Assembly: GCA_011109175.1 (NCBI GenBank)
Contig: RDEW01000104.1
Location: 15,133-79,132 of the forward strand
Direction of reading: 5' to 3'
Source: Dicyema japonicum
Taxonomy: Eukaryota > Animalia > Dicyemida
DNA length: 64,000 nucleotides
Made by a program: the position numbers and the translations under genes. The notes beneath the pieces were generated by a model. The model made no database searches. It had not been told where the DNA came from and saw only the letters and a program-made list of their open reading frames with translations. Of the stretch, positions 35,825 through 48,800 are shown piece by piece (the first letter of the stretch is position 1; every line of letters begins with the position of its first letter).

Positions 35825-38522
35825 ATGTCACTTAAAAGTTCAGTAAAGGAGACTTTTCGGTCGATCCTAGAAATGAATACCCAGAAAATGATCAAAGGCA
35901 TCCGTTCATCTTCTGACGAATCAGCTTACATCTCAAAATGTATTGACGAGATTCGTGAGGAGCTTAAAAGCACAAAAATTGAGAGTAAAGCCAACGCCCT
36001 AAACAAACTTTCCTACGTTCGTTTGTTGTGCCTTACTATTAGCTCCAAATGCTCGGCTACAGCGTCAGCTGGTGTGCTTTCTCTATCGTGGAGGTCATGA
36101 GTTCTGAAAAGCTCCAAGTAAAGGTACAACTTTGTAAGCAACTTAAGAAAGTCGGGTATTTGGCTTCCTCCCTGATATTACATGAAGGGTTAGAAATCCT
36201 CCTTCTTCTCACAAATTTGCTGAAAAAGGTCATTTTGTGACAAATTCCTTAGGATTTGCACAACCGTAATCACTTGATAGCTAGCTGGGCTCTCCACGGA
36301 ATTTCCTGTTACTGCACCTCCGACATGGCCGTTATCCTCTTCGAGGACGTCATGACTCTGGTTGGCTTTGTTTAAGACGAGATTTCCTCAACTTCCAACG
36401 ACGTCATCCGTCAGCGTGCGATAATCGTCCTCCACAAGATATTCATCAAAAATCCCTTATCTCTCAAACATGCCTTTCCAAAGCTACAGGATCTCCTCAA
36501 CAACCCTAACGAAGGAGTACAAATGTCCACGATCACTCTCCTCGTCGAACTGGTTCGCCACAACCCCCACAATTATATACTCCTGGCTCCTTCCCTCTTT
36601 AATATGCTGAAGGATCCCCTGAGCTCGTGGGTTCACATAAAACTTTTGAGAATTGTAGCCTTACTTGATTCAGCCTAGTTTTCCTACCTCGTTAAGGCAG
36701 AACCCCGACTTTCGAAGAAGCTGTTCGACCCGATGATGTTCTGCCTCAAAAGGTTGGCTTTGTCTCTACGATTAGCCCCCAACCAATGTCCCTGACTTTT
36801 GAATGCATTAATACCGTTATTTCTACTGGTTTACTTAATTACTAAGCATAGATTTGTCAAATGAGTCCATAAAGGTCGTTTCCGTCATTTATTCCAGTTC
36901 TGTCTTCAAAGACTATCCCAATTGTTAAGGGACGATGACCCCAATCGTTAGCTTTCCCATTTACTTTAGTCCGGTACCTCAGCCTTCTCTGTATGTCTCG
37001 GATTCCTGTTCAATTTAACCACGTCTTGCTGGACTTCCACCAGTCGATCACGAACTGCTTAAATGAACTCGATCAGTCAATTCGCTACCGTGCTCTTGAG
37101 TTGATATGTCGGCTGGTATCCACGTGGCTTATTTCAAGGTCGATCGCAGCAATCTAGTAGTTTCCGTTGAATGTCTGAAGAAAAGTATCTCCCAATACAG
37201 AGGGGACTACTGTGGAAGACTCATTGCCGCGATTATTAACATCTGTAAGTTCAACGACTACGAAAACATTTCAAATTTCCACTGGTTAGCCGTTTAGGGT
37301 ATTTCAGGTATGTGGCCACTCTCGTTGACTTGGCTTCCTTCGAAAACGACGAAAACGTGGTCGAAATTGTGGACCAGTTGATGATCGTGGCTGTTCGTGT
37401 CAAATCTGCCAGAAAATTCATCGTCAAACAAATGGTCCCTTACTTTTATAATCCCAGACTATCCTTATTGCCAATGTTGTGAACTCTACCAACGTGCTTT
37501 TCGGTAGGAACTTCCACGTGGTCTCAGCCGCTGCTTGGATATGCTCGCAATACTCTGAGTTGTCTAATATTTTGAGTTTAGGCATTTAGACGACATTTTG
37601 GACACAATTAGACTGTTCAGTCGGATTGCCAGGTTGTGTACTTACACTGTGGAGTGCTTTGTCCACCAGAGTTGTGTGCAGGCTATGACCCGTCTGGTGG
37701 TGGAACTGATATGCAAGCATGGACGCTGTCCAGTCCTCTCTGTTGCTAGAAGTGAGTGGAGGGAGCTTCTACTTCCCTTCCACCAAAGCCAAATCATGGA
37801 AATCCAAGAAAGAGTGTATTTGTTAGGCGATTATGCTTTTATAGAGCTGTCTCTTGGAAGAACTCCTGGAAATTGTTTTTGACGTTGATTTGTTCACTGA
37901 AGAGGAAGTCATTGCCTGTTGGAAGCCTATCTTTGAGTCTGAGTTGAATCCAGTAATTAATCAGGTTCAAAAGAAAATCCCGATTCCTGATGGGTCGCTG
38001 ATTTTTGCTATTTAGACTCGATTTGGACAAGTGGATTAGCAAACCACTGGGAGAAAAGACTGAACGTAGGATTTTGAGCAAATTTGCTCCCACTTTGAAT
38101 CTTGAAGTACCTATTCCGATTGAAGATAAAGAATTTCCACTAACTCAGCCCAATGACACGATTTGTATGATTATTTTACCATTTTAGTGAAATTGGCTAA
38201 ACCTGAGGATTTTGTGGAAAATTTTGATATTCTGAATTTTGAGAATTTGAAGATGCCTAAGAAAAATGTGAAACTCACTTCCGTTGTGGCGAGTGAGCCA
38301 ATACAGGTTTCGAAGGTTGTTGACGTTCCTGAGGTTTTTCTGCTTACTATGGTAGGGGATTACTTTGTCTACCACGGAAAATCAACCGTGTGTTCAAAAC
38401 GAGTTTGCCTTCCTTGACTTGGATAAGATTACGGCAGAACCCAAAGTAAAGCCAATTCGTAAAAAACGCATAAAAAAGCCTAAAGTGCATCGACCTGATT
38501 ATTAAAGGGTGATGTGACTTAG
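35825..38522 (+). CDS. AP3D1: AP-3 complex subunit delta, ~18 introns, no C-terminal ear domain (stop at 38505, or 38522 if a final 23-nt intron is spliced)
   Basis: YISKCIDEIREELK, KANALNKLSYLQMLGY, LLLTNLLKKD, EPRLSKKL, IRYRALEL, ELNPVINQVQKKIPIPDGLDLDKWI, FLDLDK. Confidence 0.93.
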
Positions 38523-38619
38523 GATTTAAGTTTTATTATTAATTTAATATTGACAACTAATTTTCGTGATTATTGAATGATATTCTAAGACTTTGTCGAA
38601 TGAGTCCATAAAAGACTTT

Positions 38620-38900
38620 CACTTATGATTTAAATTGCTAGAACATGTAAAATACCCGATTATGTTAAGGCTTTCAGAGTAACGGAGCTTTGGATTTGTG
38701 GAGAACACCAGACCAATGCATCTGGAGGCTCTTATGAGACTAGACTCCAAATGCCAAAATGCGACCTCCTTAAATTCAGTTAGCCGTCATGTAGGAGAGA
38801 GGAACACCGGGAAAAGATGAGGTAACTTATGGAACGCATTGGGATCACATGATTGTTAGTTTAGTTTTACCGAGGTCATGGGATTTTACATATCAATAAA
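38620..38900 (+). mobile_element. LINE 3' fragment
   Basis: CTTATGAGACTAGACTCCA...GAACACCGGG shared with 45780-45900; GGGATCAC at 38841. Confidence 0.75.
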
Positions 38901-39277
38901 CTATTTGAATGCAATTATATGTCTAAGAATCATAATGTTAGAATTCCTTATAGAGAATTCATGTATGCTAAGATAGAGTTAGAATGAACATATTGGGTAC
39001 TACAAGTCTTAAGAATGCCTTAGAAACTTCAAGTCGTACCTTTATGTATTTTAATTCTCATTTTGTTAAAAATTTAAGCAAAATGTGGATACCGCCTATG
39101 TATCGAAATCAACAATGTTTAGAGTTAAAATGACTCTTATAACTCGTAAGAATGCCCAACATGCAATCTTCAGTGATACCAAGCATCTCCCTTAAACCCA
39201 TGATATCCATTTTAAGAATCACCAAGTCTACAGTAACACTGAAGACACGAGACCACAGAATAAAGTACATTTTACAA

Positions 39278-41332
39278 TCACTGATCAAGTGTAATTAAAT
39301 GTTTGATGGTTGGTCTACCATGAGGACAATTCTACCATAATTCACTCCTCTTACCCAAGGCTGGTCGATTGTGCCCAAATTATGGACAACGTCACGCATC
39401 TTCTTCACACTCAAAGTCATCCCAGCAAATATTGCACTGCGACAGGCACGTGAGGCCATATGTACCCTTACTTTGTCCCTCACTCCTCCAGCATGCAGCA
39501 TTTCTTCAACGTCTCCAAATACCACAACATCACCAACCTTGTATGGCAGAGTCCACACACAGAGAAGGGACACGAGTAACCAGAACATCGTCTTGAACTT
39601 AAAACAAGATAAACCCTCAGAAATCACAAAATCGAACCCACAAGAGTTAAAAATGCAGAGATTGTCTATCAAAGTCTGTTTATCCAAGGGACCGAGAACC
39701 AACCGTTGTGGACTACCGATATTTACATCCCCCAACCGTATCAGTGGCTGAGAGGATGTGTCTGCATGTGCAATTAATTGCTCAAATTTGAACTTTTCGT
39801 CAGCGGCATGCTGATCAATAATAAACAGACGAAGAGGACACTCTGGGAGGCGGACAATAATAAAGGAGGAATTGAACTGCCCAATCACTTCCATTCGAGC
39901 AAAATCGTCGCGTTTTAACTGACACAAGTCTATTTTCTCGTTAAACTCGTGATTTTCCAGAATAGTGGACATATACGAGAGTTTCTGAGAGACAGTATCA
40001 TCAGAAGTCACGGAAAAATTTACATCATCCACGTGGGGTGAATCTCCGAGGTAAGCATGAAAGATTTTGGTAAAATTTTGCTGAGTAGCAGAAACATGTC
40101 TCTTGTTGTCCCTTTTAATATCAGGAGTTGAACTTTGGGGGACGGAAAGGTCAAATTTTAGGCCCTTTTTGACGACGCTTCCCTGAGAAAGTCTGAAGCT
40201 CTTTTCCGTGGAAGGACGTTTACTTGAAAAAAGAGAGACTGGAGGAGAAGGATGAAATGAGTTGAGAAGATCAGACAAATGTTCCTGGTTGTGACACAAG
40301 AAAACTTTAAGAAAGGCCAGAAGCTCATCCTCGTGCGAGATCATGACTCCATCGGTCGTAAAGTCGACTTCTGACTTTGCTGCGATTACCAACAAAAATA
40401 CATTCAACGTCGAGGAACAGAAACGGGCAGTTAGAACCGTTTACTTCCCTGAAGATCCCGTTAACCAAATGGCGAACCTACAAACTCTTCAAACCCAAGA
40501 AACTCTGGGAAGGTCACAGGGACGTTTATTAACGCAGACAAAATGCCGACTTATCCGACCACGTGCAGATGAAGGGCGGGAAATAATGCCAGAAATTCAA
40601 AAATCAGAAAAAATTGAAACTTGAAATTGCTTTCCTGTTGAGGCTTGACAACTGTAATAGAATTGGCCACAGCCTCCCCAAACACAGATAAAATGACATC
40701 CAGCAAGTTCCCCCCATTTGTCTGGAGTAAAATATTTCCGTTGTTCTTCAAAGTAAATTTAATATGAGGAAAAGCAAGGAGGTAGGGGTGTAGAGCCTGA
40801 AGCACTGAGGAGATCCCACATGTGCGTAAGAGTTCTTTTCTACGCACAGGAATGGTTCCCTCGAACAGATCCCTGATTGTAACCGTGGTTCCGTAATTGC
40901 GGGAAGATTTTTCCACTTTACGGGAATCCTTGACAATTGTTAGCCGATATGAAAGTGAAGAGTCAACTCTACGACTGAGAACAGTGACCGATCTGAGGTT
41001 AAATCGTATGGAATACAGGCTTAGGTTGAATATAGCAGACAAGGCCATTCCGCGGAAGCCAAAAGTTCCCACGTGCTTCTTTTTGGATGTCCCTCCATCA
41101 CAAAGTAAGCCCAGGTCGTCTTCCGATATGCCTTCCCCGTCATCGGCGACCTCAATTATTCTACTGCCTCCTTCAGAGAGTGAAATGTCTATAATATAGT
41201 AGATGAGTCACTGATTGTCTTTGAATTGGCGTCAACACAGTTCTCAATTAGTTCTATAATAACTGAGGCAACACTCCTTGCAATTTGGCTGCTGGTAATT
41301 TCCTTTGCACAATCCGTGCTTAGTTTCTTCAT
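39278..41332 (-). CDS. PMS2: Mismatch-repair endonuclease PMS2 (MutL family), ~9 introns including a GT-TG intron and a GAG-acceptor intron
   Basis: ELIENCVDA, DDGEGI, TFGFRG, GTTVTI, NKRPCD; C-terminal GQFNSSFII, DQHAADEK, MASRACRSAI, NCPHGRPT. Confidence 0.93.
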
Positions 41333-41429
41333 TATTTTATTTAAATTTTCTTTAATTTAATTATTTTATTTATTTTTTGATTAAGTTTTTATTTAAATTT
41401 AAAATTTGATTTTTGTTTAAATTTCTCTT

Positions 41430-41920
41430 AACACTTGATCCAACAATCAATAATACCCAAGTATTCTCCCGACCATAGTTGGAGCTTCTATACAAACAAT
41501 TTGTTCTATCGAGTATCGAGTACTCCTGTGCGCATGGGTTGCACCACTATCGCTATCGGCACAGAACAAGCTGGAAGTGCTACAAAAACGATGTCTCAGA
41601 ATATTAATGAGATCATCCAAAAAAACACCCACGTCGTTACTACGAAGAAAACTAAACGTCCCCCCGATCATGGAATACTTTACGAAACACCACGAGACTT
41701 CCTCGAGATGGAAAAGTCTCCTGATCATCCTCTCTGGATGGGCATCGAACTATATCTGGACGCCTGTCCGAGATACGAGAAGAAACCTTTCCCGTTGTGA
41801 TGATTAATCCAGGACTCCAAAATTACCCTCAGGAAAAAAACTGGAATAGACACTGGGATCACTTAATTAGACGATAACTCTTGTCCTATTTCACGTATTT
41901 CCGGGATTAATAAATTATTA
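41430..41920 (+). mobile_element. LINE 3' fragment
   Basis: LQKRCLRILMRSSKKTPTSLLRRKLNVPP; GGGATCAC-TTAATTAGACGATAACTC shared with 48739. Confidence 0.8.
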
Positions 41921-41929
41921 ATAAAATTA

Positions 41930-42050
41930 TTGGAATGGCCATACTCCGAGGGAACTCATTAGCGATCCACGCAGCCTGCTTCCTCAACTAACATTTGTTT
42001 CTTTGTTAAATAATTGTCTTTAATAAATAAATAAATAAAAATAAAATTAA
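41930..42050 (+). mobile_element. CRE-like 3' end with A-rich tail
   Basis: GGAATGGCCATACTCCGAGGGAACTC (GMAILRGNS) near-identical to 62930-63000. Confidence 0.85.
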
Positions 42051-43233
42051 ACAATCAATAATACAAATTGACACGTGGTGCGATTTGGCTATTTGATTAA
42101 AGATCTCTCTTCCTGGGTTTCGTCGTTGAATCAACCTTACTTAACTGACAACCAAAGTCTGGCCGGCACTTAAAAGGATCCTTCAATTTATTCCACCGGG
42201 ATACAATTTCGCTCTCTGTCGACAAGTTCTGGAATCGACCTCCCCGGACAACGTCTTATGGATCAATTTGCTTGGGTGAAGGTTCTGCTGGAACACGTCA
42301 GTATCAAGGAATTAGTTTCGTTTTACCATGGTTTTTAAAGTAATTTAATAAGCCTGTTCTTCATGGTAGTTTTGGTATTCTCTTCAAAATTTGACAAGTT
42401 AAATTCAATCAGACGGAGAACTTCATGTTTTCTTCCGTATCAGTACTCCCTCATCACTCTCTTATCAGAGAATTCCGCGAGGAACCATGGCCACAGTTTC
42501 TGTGTTTATGCATAGAATCGGGAAACCCAATCGGACGATTATTTTATTTATTTTTTGACTAAGTACCGTGGTCTTGGGACTATTGCAGAGGAAAGTCGAT
42601 CGGTCCCAAGAAATACACCGTAATTGAGTTTGTTTGTAGCCACTAGCGAGTGCATACCGTTTTACAGTTGGGACACTGAAGGATCACGCAGTGAGACTCC
42701 ATGGAATATTAAAAGCTGGGATTATGTAATTAATTGTTTTTAACATCTTTGTGACCATAGAGTTTTCAAAAAATAATAACATTCAATTTGTATATTGATA
42801 ATGTCTTCATTTAATTTAAGAGGGAAACTTTATTATACTTCAAATTTGAAAAAAGTTTTAGTGGTGAATAAGTCTAAGATATGTTCTAAGTCAATAGATA
42901 AGTTTCTCATTCACTCCTTCACGCATTTTGACTGCCGGCTCAACTGAACGGATGGTATTGAAAAAATACCCACTCTTGTAGATCGCTTTTACATCCTCTC
43001 TTTAGAACAGTTGGGAATATAACTAAGGGAGTTAAGGAAATCAGGAGTGCAATTGCTGAGAGACGTTGAGACCCCTACGAACAGAGACGATTTCACAACT
43101 CATGATTCTGCCTAATGTCCTATGCAATACCCAATTACTCGGAGCTGGGGAATATTAAAATTATTAATTAATTTATTAAATAATATTTAAAATAATAATT
43201 TAATTTGATAACGTGCTTTTAGTGTGACTTGTA

Positions 43234-43994
43234 ATGTATTCAGATAATGCCATTTCATCAAAGAGACGTGTAATTATTTTTCTTTAACTAAAGTTTGTCT
43301 CAGAAGGTATACTGCTAACAGAAATAAGAGCAATCTTAATGAGATTACTCCGTGATGAGGGCCTTGCTGAAGTGACTATTCGTCATCATCCAAAGAGGCT
43401 AGAAGTCGTACTCAAAGCAACTCGTCCCCAGGTCATCGCTGCTGAAAAGGGACTAAAAATAAGGGAACTAAAAGGTATCATCTCTTCTCGCTTTGGGATT
43501 AAAATCGATCAAATTGAGGTTTTTACTTTATACAAGTTTAGGTCTCCGTGGAACGTTTGGCTGACAGGGGATTGAGTGCGTTGGCCCAAGTCGAAACTAT
43601 TCGTTACAAATTGATAACTGGCTTGGCTGTGAGAAGGGCAGCCCACTCGACAATTAAAACCTGCATGGGAGGAGGTGCCAAAGGAGTCGAGGTGGTGGTT
43701 TCCGGGAAACTGCGAGGACAGAGGGCTCGGACTGCCAAGTTTGTGGATGGCTATTTGATCCACTCTGGAGATGCCCCCAACTATTACCTTGATAAGGCGA
43801 CCACTGGAATTATGATGAAGTCCGGTTTACTGTTTGGCTGATTTTTAGGCACGATTGGGATTCAAGTGACTATAATGAAGCCTCATGATCCTACTGGAGT
43901 TAAGGGACCTAAACAACTGTTGCCTGATACGGTTATTATTATCCCACCTAAGGATCTTCTTGATGCTCCTGCTGGGCTCAGATCAAGGGCGTGA
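43234..43994 (+). CDS. RPS3: 40S ribosomal protein S3 (uS3), 3 introns of 23-24 nt
   Basis: [64 protein letters not shown]. Confidence 0.95.
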
Positions 43995-44499
43995 TTATAA
44001 TTGATTTTGTTAGCTCACTTTCGGTTCTTAAATAGTTTTTGCTTATTTTTTTAAAACCTTAAGTTCTTAACTAAGTAAGTCTCTGATGTACGAAGGATCT
44101 GGGCTAGAATCTCGTCCAGCCCGAGATTGAAATAACTTGGAGGATCATCTGTCAGAAACTGCTAATATTCTATGTTGTAAAATATCTATTGCATACATAT
44201 TGCTAAGAATAAATTTCAACTGACTTTTAAAACTGCACTTATACCCAAGAGTCCTGATGGCCCCTAGTTCGAATCCCGCTGCTGTAAATTTCTGTTAAAG
44301 GTTCCTCGCATCTATGATGCTTTGGATTGACGAGTGACGCCACCATCAGTAAAAATCGTGAAGCTAAAATGTCTGAAATATTAGTGTAATAATTGTGTAT
44401 ATATTTGTCACTCAAATTGGTAGCTAATGCTGCAATAGTGCTATAAATTAGTAAGCAACTTGAGTGATTGAGAGTGTATTCCCTGTTACAATTTGTATG

Positions 44500-47400
44500 G
44501 AAATGAGGTCTCAATCAGCTATTCCTCTTTTTGGTAGTCCTTCATTCTTTTCCTGTCGACGATCCGATGGCAGGTAGAGGATTCAAGAATTTTCTGAGTT
44601 TCAACTGGGGTGGCCTTGAAAACAAACTGTTCTTAAGGTCGCGTATTTTTTCTTACGGTTAGGATGGAAAAGTGAGGCACAAGAATGTGACCATATAAAT
44701 TGACGATGTTTGAAGAAATCCCAGAAATTCTATTTTGGATTATTTTAAGCATATTTAACGTAGTAGCCAAATATCTCCTTTTTCTGGATGATGTGATGTC
44801 TCATCCAGATTTTATCCATCTTTTTGTTGAATAAGATCTCCGGTTTATTATATTGGATTTTAAGCTCACTATGTATTTTCGCTCAAGTTTCGGCTGCTTT
44901 GATAGATGCTATTGTCTGTATTGAGTGGCCCTTTAATTTATTTGACTTTTCAAGGCCAACCGCCTGTATAGATTAAAGTGTATTCATTGTTCCCTCGTGT
45001 GTAATCAAACCGGCATAAATGTGACATAATCAGCTTTTTGAGATGTTAAATTGTCAATAAAATGCTGCTTTCTCAGTTAAAATTGATTTAACCACTTTTA
45101 CTGCAATACCTCTCAACAGGAGTCGTACAAAAATCCCCGATTGCTCCAGTATTGTTCAATTTATTCCTTAGTCATCTTCAGGCTTCAGATTTCCCAAATG
45201 CTATCCTTTTGTCTTACACGGGTGACCTCATACTAGCAGTGAGACATTGAAGACCCTAGGAGGAACCGAAACTCAAAGCAATAGTTATCTGCAGAGAATT
45301 GCTTCTTAAACATCGAAATTCCAAGCTTTTTGTTTAGAATTTTAATCCGGTCTTCATAAGAGTTGAAATCAACGGATATTTTGATTATTGCTTTATGACG
45401 AGGGGATGTTATAATTTTTTTCCTTTCTTGTTTAAAAAAGCTACCAAAACAAAGATTAAGACCCGTTAATTGGGTCTTCTATTTCAACTCGTACTTTGGT
45501 TTTTTAATATGAGTTATAGTACACTGAGAAGCATCGAGACGGACATTTCGCTAGAAGGAAGAATCGTAAAACTTTATTAAGGTAATAAACAAAACTATTA
45601 TAACCATCTTTTTATTCAAATAAAAAGTATTTCGCTCCCTGTTTTCTCATATGCATGCGCCTCGTGGGGACCGTTTATATCTTGGATGAATATGAGAAAA
45701 TCGAGGAAATGCAAAAAGAGGTCTTTCAGAGTAGCCAAGCGTTGGATTGGTGAAAATAATCACAGGACCGATGCCTCTAGAGGCCCTTATGAGACTAGAC
45801 TCCAGATCACGGGAATGTGTCCCTGAAAATCAGTCAACCGTCATGCGCGAGCACGAGGGAAGAACACCGGGCAATGATGATGTCTCTATTAGAATGCATC
45901 GGGATCACTAGATAATTAGTTTGGTTTTACTGTGGTCTTGAGTTGTTAAATAAAATTTTGCTCCCTGACGATGATTTCTGGTTTCGACCTTAGTTTCTCC
46001 AATAAAGTCCTTTGGATTATTGTGTCTGGATGTGGGCTATACTGTAAGCCATCAGGATCACTGGTTTAGTAAGTTTGGTTTTACTTTTGGTCTGTGGAAT
46101 AATTCTATTTATTTCGCACAGGAAACCTGTTGATTCTCTCTTCTCACAAACCCGACAGAAAGTTGTTTTCGTCTATATTTTAAGAAGGTCGAAGACCACC
46201 TATTCTCATGTCCGCCCAGAACACCGAACATAGTTCTGAATATTTGTTTTTATGGCATCGGAGTCTTAACACAAATTTTTAAACAGATTATGATTCCAAC
46301 TACCTGGAAACTTGCTGATATACAACCAATCCTAAAATATGGAAGACCCAAAAACCTCATGTCATCTTACAGGGCAACATCACTTCTTTGTTCTGCGACA
46401 AAAATACTGGACAAACCTGTTCTAGACTTTAGTCGTCAGTGAATCCAAGCGTTCTCTTCCAGCACGGATTCGTTAAGGGTTTTTCCACTACAACCGCCTA
46501 ACCTGCCTAACAAATTTCATCTCGGGTGGCCTGAAATTCAAACTGGAAAACGAGTCAGTTGTATACTCAATTAACATACAAGAGGCTTTCGACTAAGTCC
46601 TCAGGCAAACCAAGGAATGGATTGCTAACTTTCTCAGCAGCAAAAAATGAAGAGTTGGATCAATTTCTGCTAAGTGAATCACTAAATTTCTGCCCAACGG
46701 TGTCCCGCAAAGATCTTCCTTGTCACAGATCTTTTTCAAACTATTCTTGTCCACCGAATCCAGATAAGACAAATTAATTTGACCTACGACGAAGAGGTCA
46801 TATTTCCCCAGAGATCGGTATATCCTGACTGCTGCTCGACCGCCTAAGCTGATGACTGGAAGAGAATCGATTGTCAACTAGCGTTGATGAGTCGCGCTAT
46901 TCGTCTCAAAGAGGAGATTGACGTACTCTGCTCCCACCCTGACTATAAATGGGAGGCGAATCCATTGATTAAAAACATAAAGGTATTGGGAGTCACTTTC
47001 GACTCTAATGACTTTCGGGACACATGTAGACAAAAAGGTATTTTCTTGCCAACGAGAATTAACTTTATGAAGACGCCCCGGACAATAGAGGAACTCTCAG
47101 TTTTACGTTAGGAAATTTATGCTACAAATATATCGAGCCAACAATCATGTTAACAAATTTAGCTAAAACACACTAAAAAGATCTAAAACTTAACGGAACT
47201 TTAAAAAAGATCTCATTCTTTTTAGTATATTTGATTACCTTTGAGACCCTAATGAGGAGAACGGCGCGATGTTTATCTCTCGTAAACGCCTGCCTGTAGG
47301 AAGTGTGTGGAATTCCGTAAGGAACGTCGAGCTAAGATAAGGAGTCTACTAGAGAGTCCGGGATCACCCAATGGCTGTACTTTTTCTAAATTTTATTGGT

Positions 47401-48800
47401 GATTTCTGAGTCAAAAAATAAATTAATCAGAACATCATAACATGGGGATTTTTGGACCGAGAATTATGCTTCCTTGTAAGTTTGACAACACGGGAGAGAA
47501 GTATTTCTCGTTATGGTGGTTATCAACCTCGATAGTGTGTCGTGGGGGATTGTATTTTAGTTGGCTCAGTTAAATTGGAGTCGATTCTTTTAGTGAGTGT
47601 TAGATATTAAAAATAAGAAAGCTTATAAAGTATCTCCTGATCTAGAGGTAACTGACCTAGATGCTATTGTGAGGTGTTGTAATTATCACCACGTGTTGCT
47701 TTGTAGAGCTAATATGTAGATATCCTTCTTAGCTAAAAGATATGTAGTGGACAAGTGTAATTTTGGAACACCATTAAGAAAACGACTCAATTATTTTCCA
47801 CTACAGCTTTGTTCGTACGTCATTTTCCATTTACGTGAGTCAATGTGAACAAATACCTTTTATTTCCACGAACTATTTTTTGATCTTCTTTTCCTGAAAC
47901 TTTCTACGTTTTGGATGCCTCTAACGGAAATCGAAGTTCACAAAGATCTCTCCTGAGTGGGTAATGTTTAGACTGCTAAAAAGCTGGTAAGAGTTGACCT
48001 AACATTGTTGCATGAAAGGGATTATAACTGGGGTAGCGTTCAGATAATTTCTTGCGGAAAACTGGGTGAAGATCTTTTAAAAAGTCATCACTTAAAAACG
48101 ACTTGTTGCTTAAGGATCGCACAATAACTTTAGGGAATAGAAAAAAAGGTATTGGGGGAACAAAAGAGATTGGTGCCGTGGTGAGATGTTTCCGTTTATT
48201 AAACGTAGAATAAATCTGTCTGTAGAAGATTGACTTTCTTGGATAGAACTTTGGTTCAACTAAGGATATTTTCGACTTCTTCAAAATCGAAAGGTATGTA
48301 GACGGTGATAATCCAAATGACGTTGATGATTCAATCTTTTAGGATGGCTGATGTTAATGTCGCTGTTACTTTTTAATTTTTGAATGGTTCCTTGTTGATA
48401 CATCTTTTTTTGAAAAAAATAAAACAAGTAAAATCTTTTAGTAAAGAAGCCAGAATTGTGAACAGTTTCTCAACATCCTAATTGAATGATGCCATCACGT
48501 GGGTGAATCATGTGGCATTTTAGAACGGTTGCCTCAGTCTTATTACACTCGAAACGGGCATCTACTCTGCTGTTACGGAAAAAAATAAACGTCAGAAAGA
48601 TTTTCTTAAAATGGGGAAGTCTTCAGAGGAAAAGTCATACTATTTCATCAATCCTTTCCTAGATATGAGAGGAAGCCTTCTTTATGGGGATTAATTCAGG
48701 ATTCCAAGACAAATCATAGGAAGCTAGGTGTGGACACAGGGATCACTTAATTAGACGATAACTCTTATCCTCGTTGCTATGGTTCCCGGTGTTAATAAAT
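44500..48800. mobile_element. Dense cluster of LINE fragments in both orientations
   Basis: RT motifs WKLADIQPILK.G.P..SYRATSLL and QHGF (46290-46480); KVLGVTFD (46980); GATCAC ends at 45901, 46054, 47360, 48739. Confidence 0.75.
46580..46880 (-). mobile_element. CRE-like RT C-terminal fragment
   Basis: CGTPLG...LAEIDPTLHFLLLRKLAIHSLVCLRT parallels the CRE LGSP...IDPH.ALFLL motif. Confidence 0.6.
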
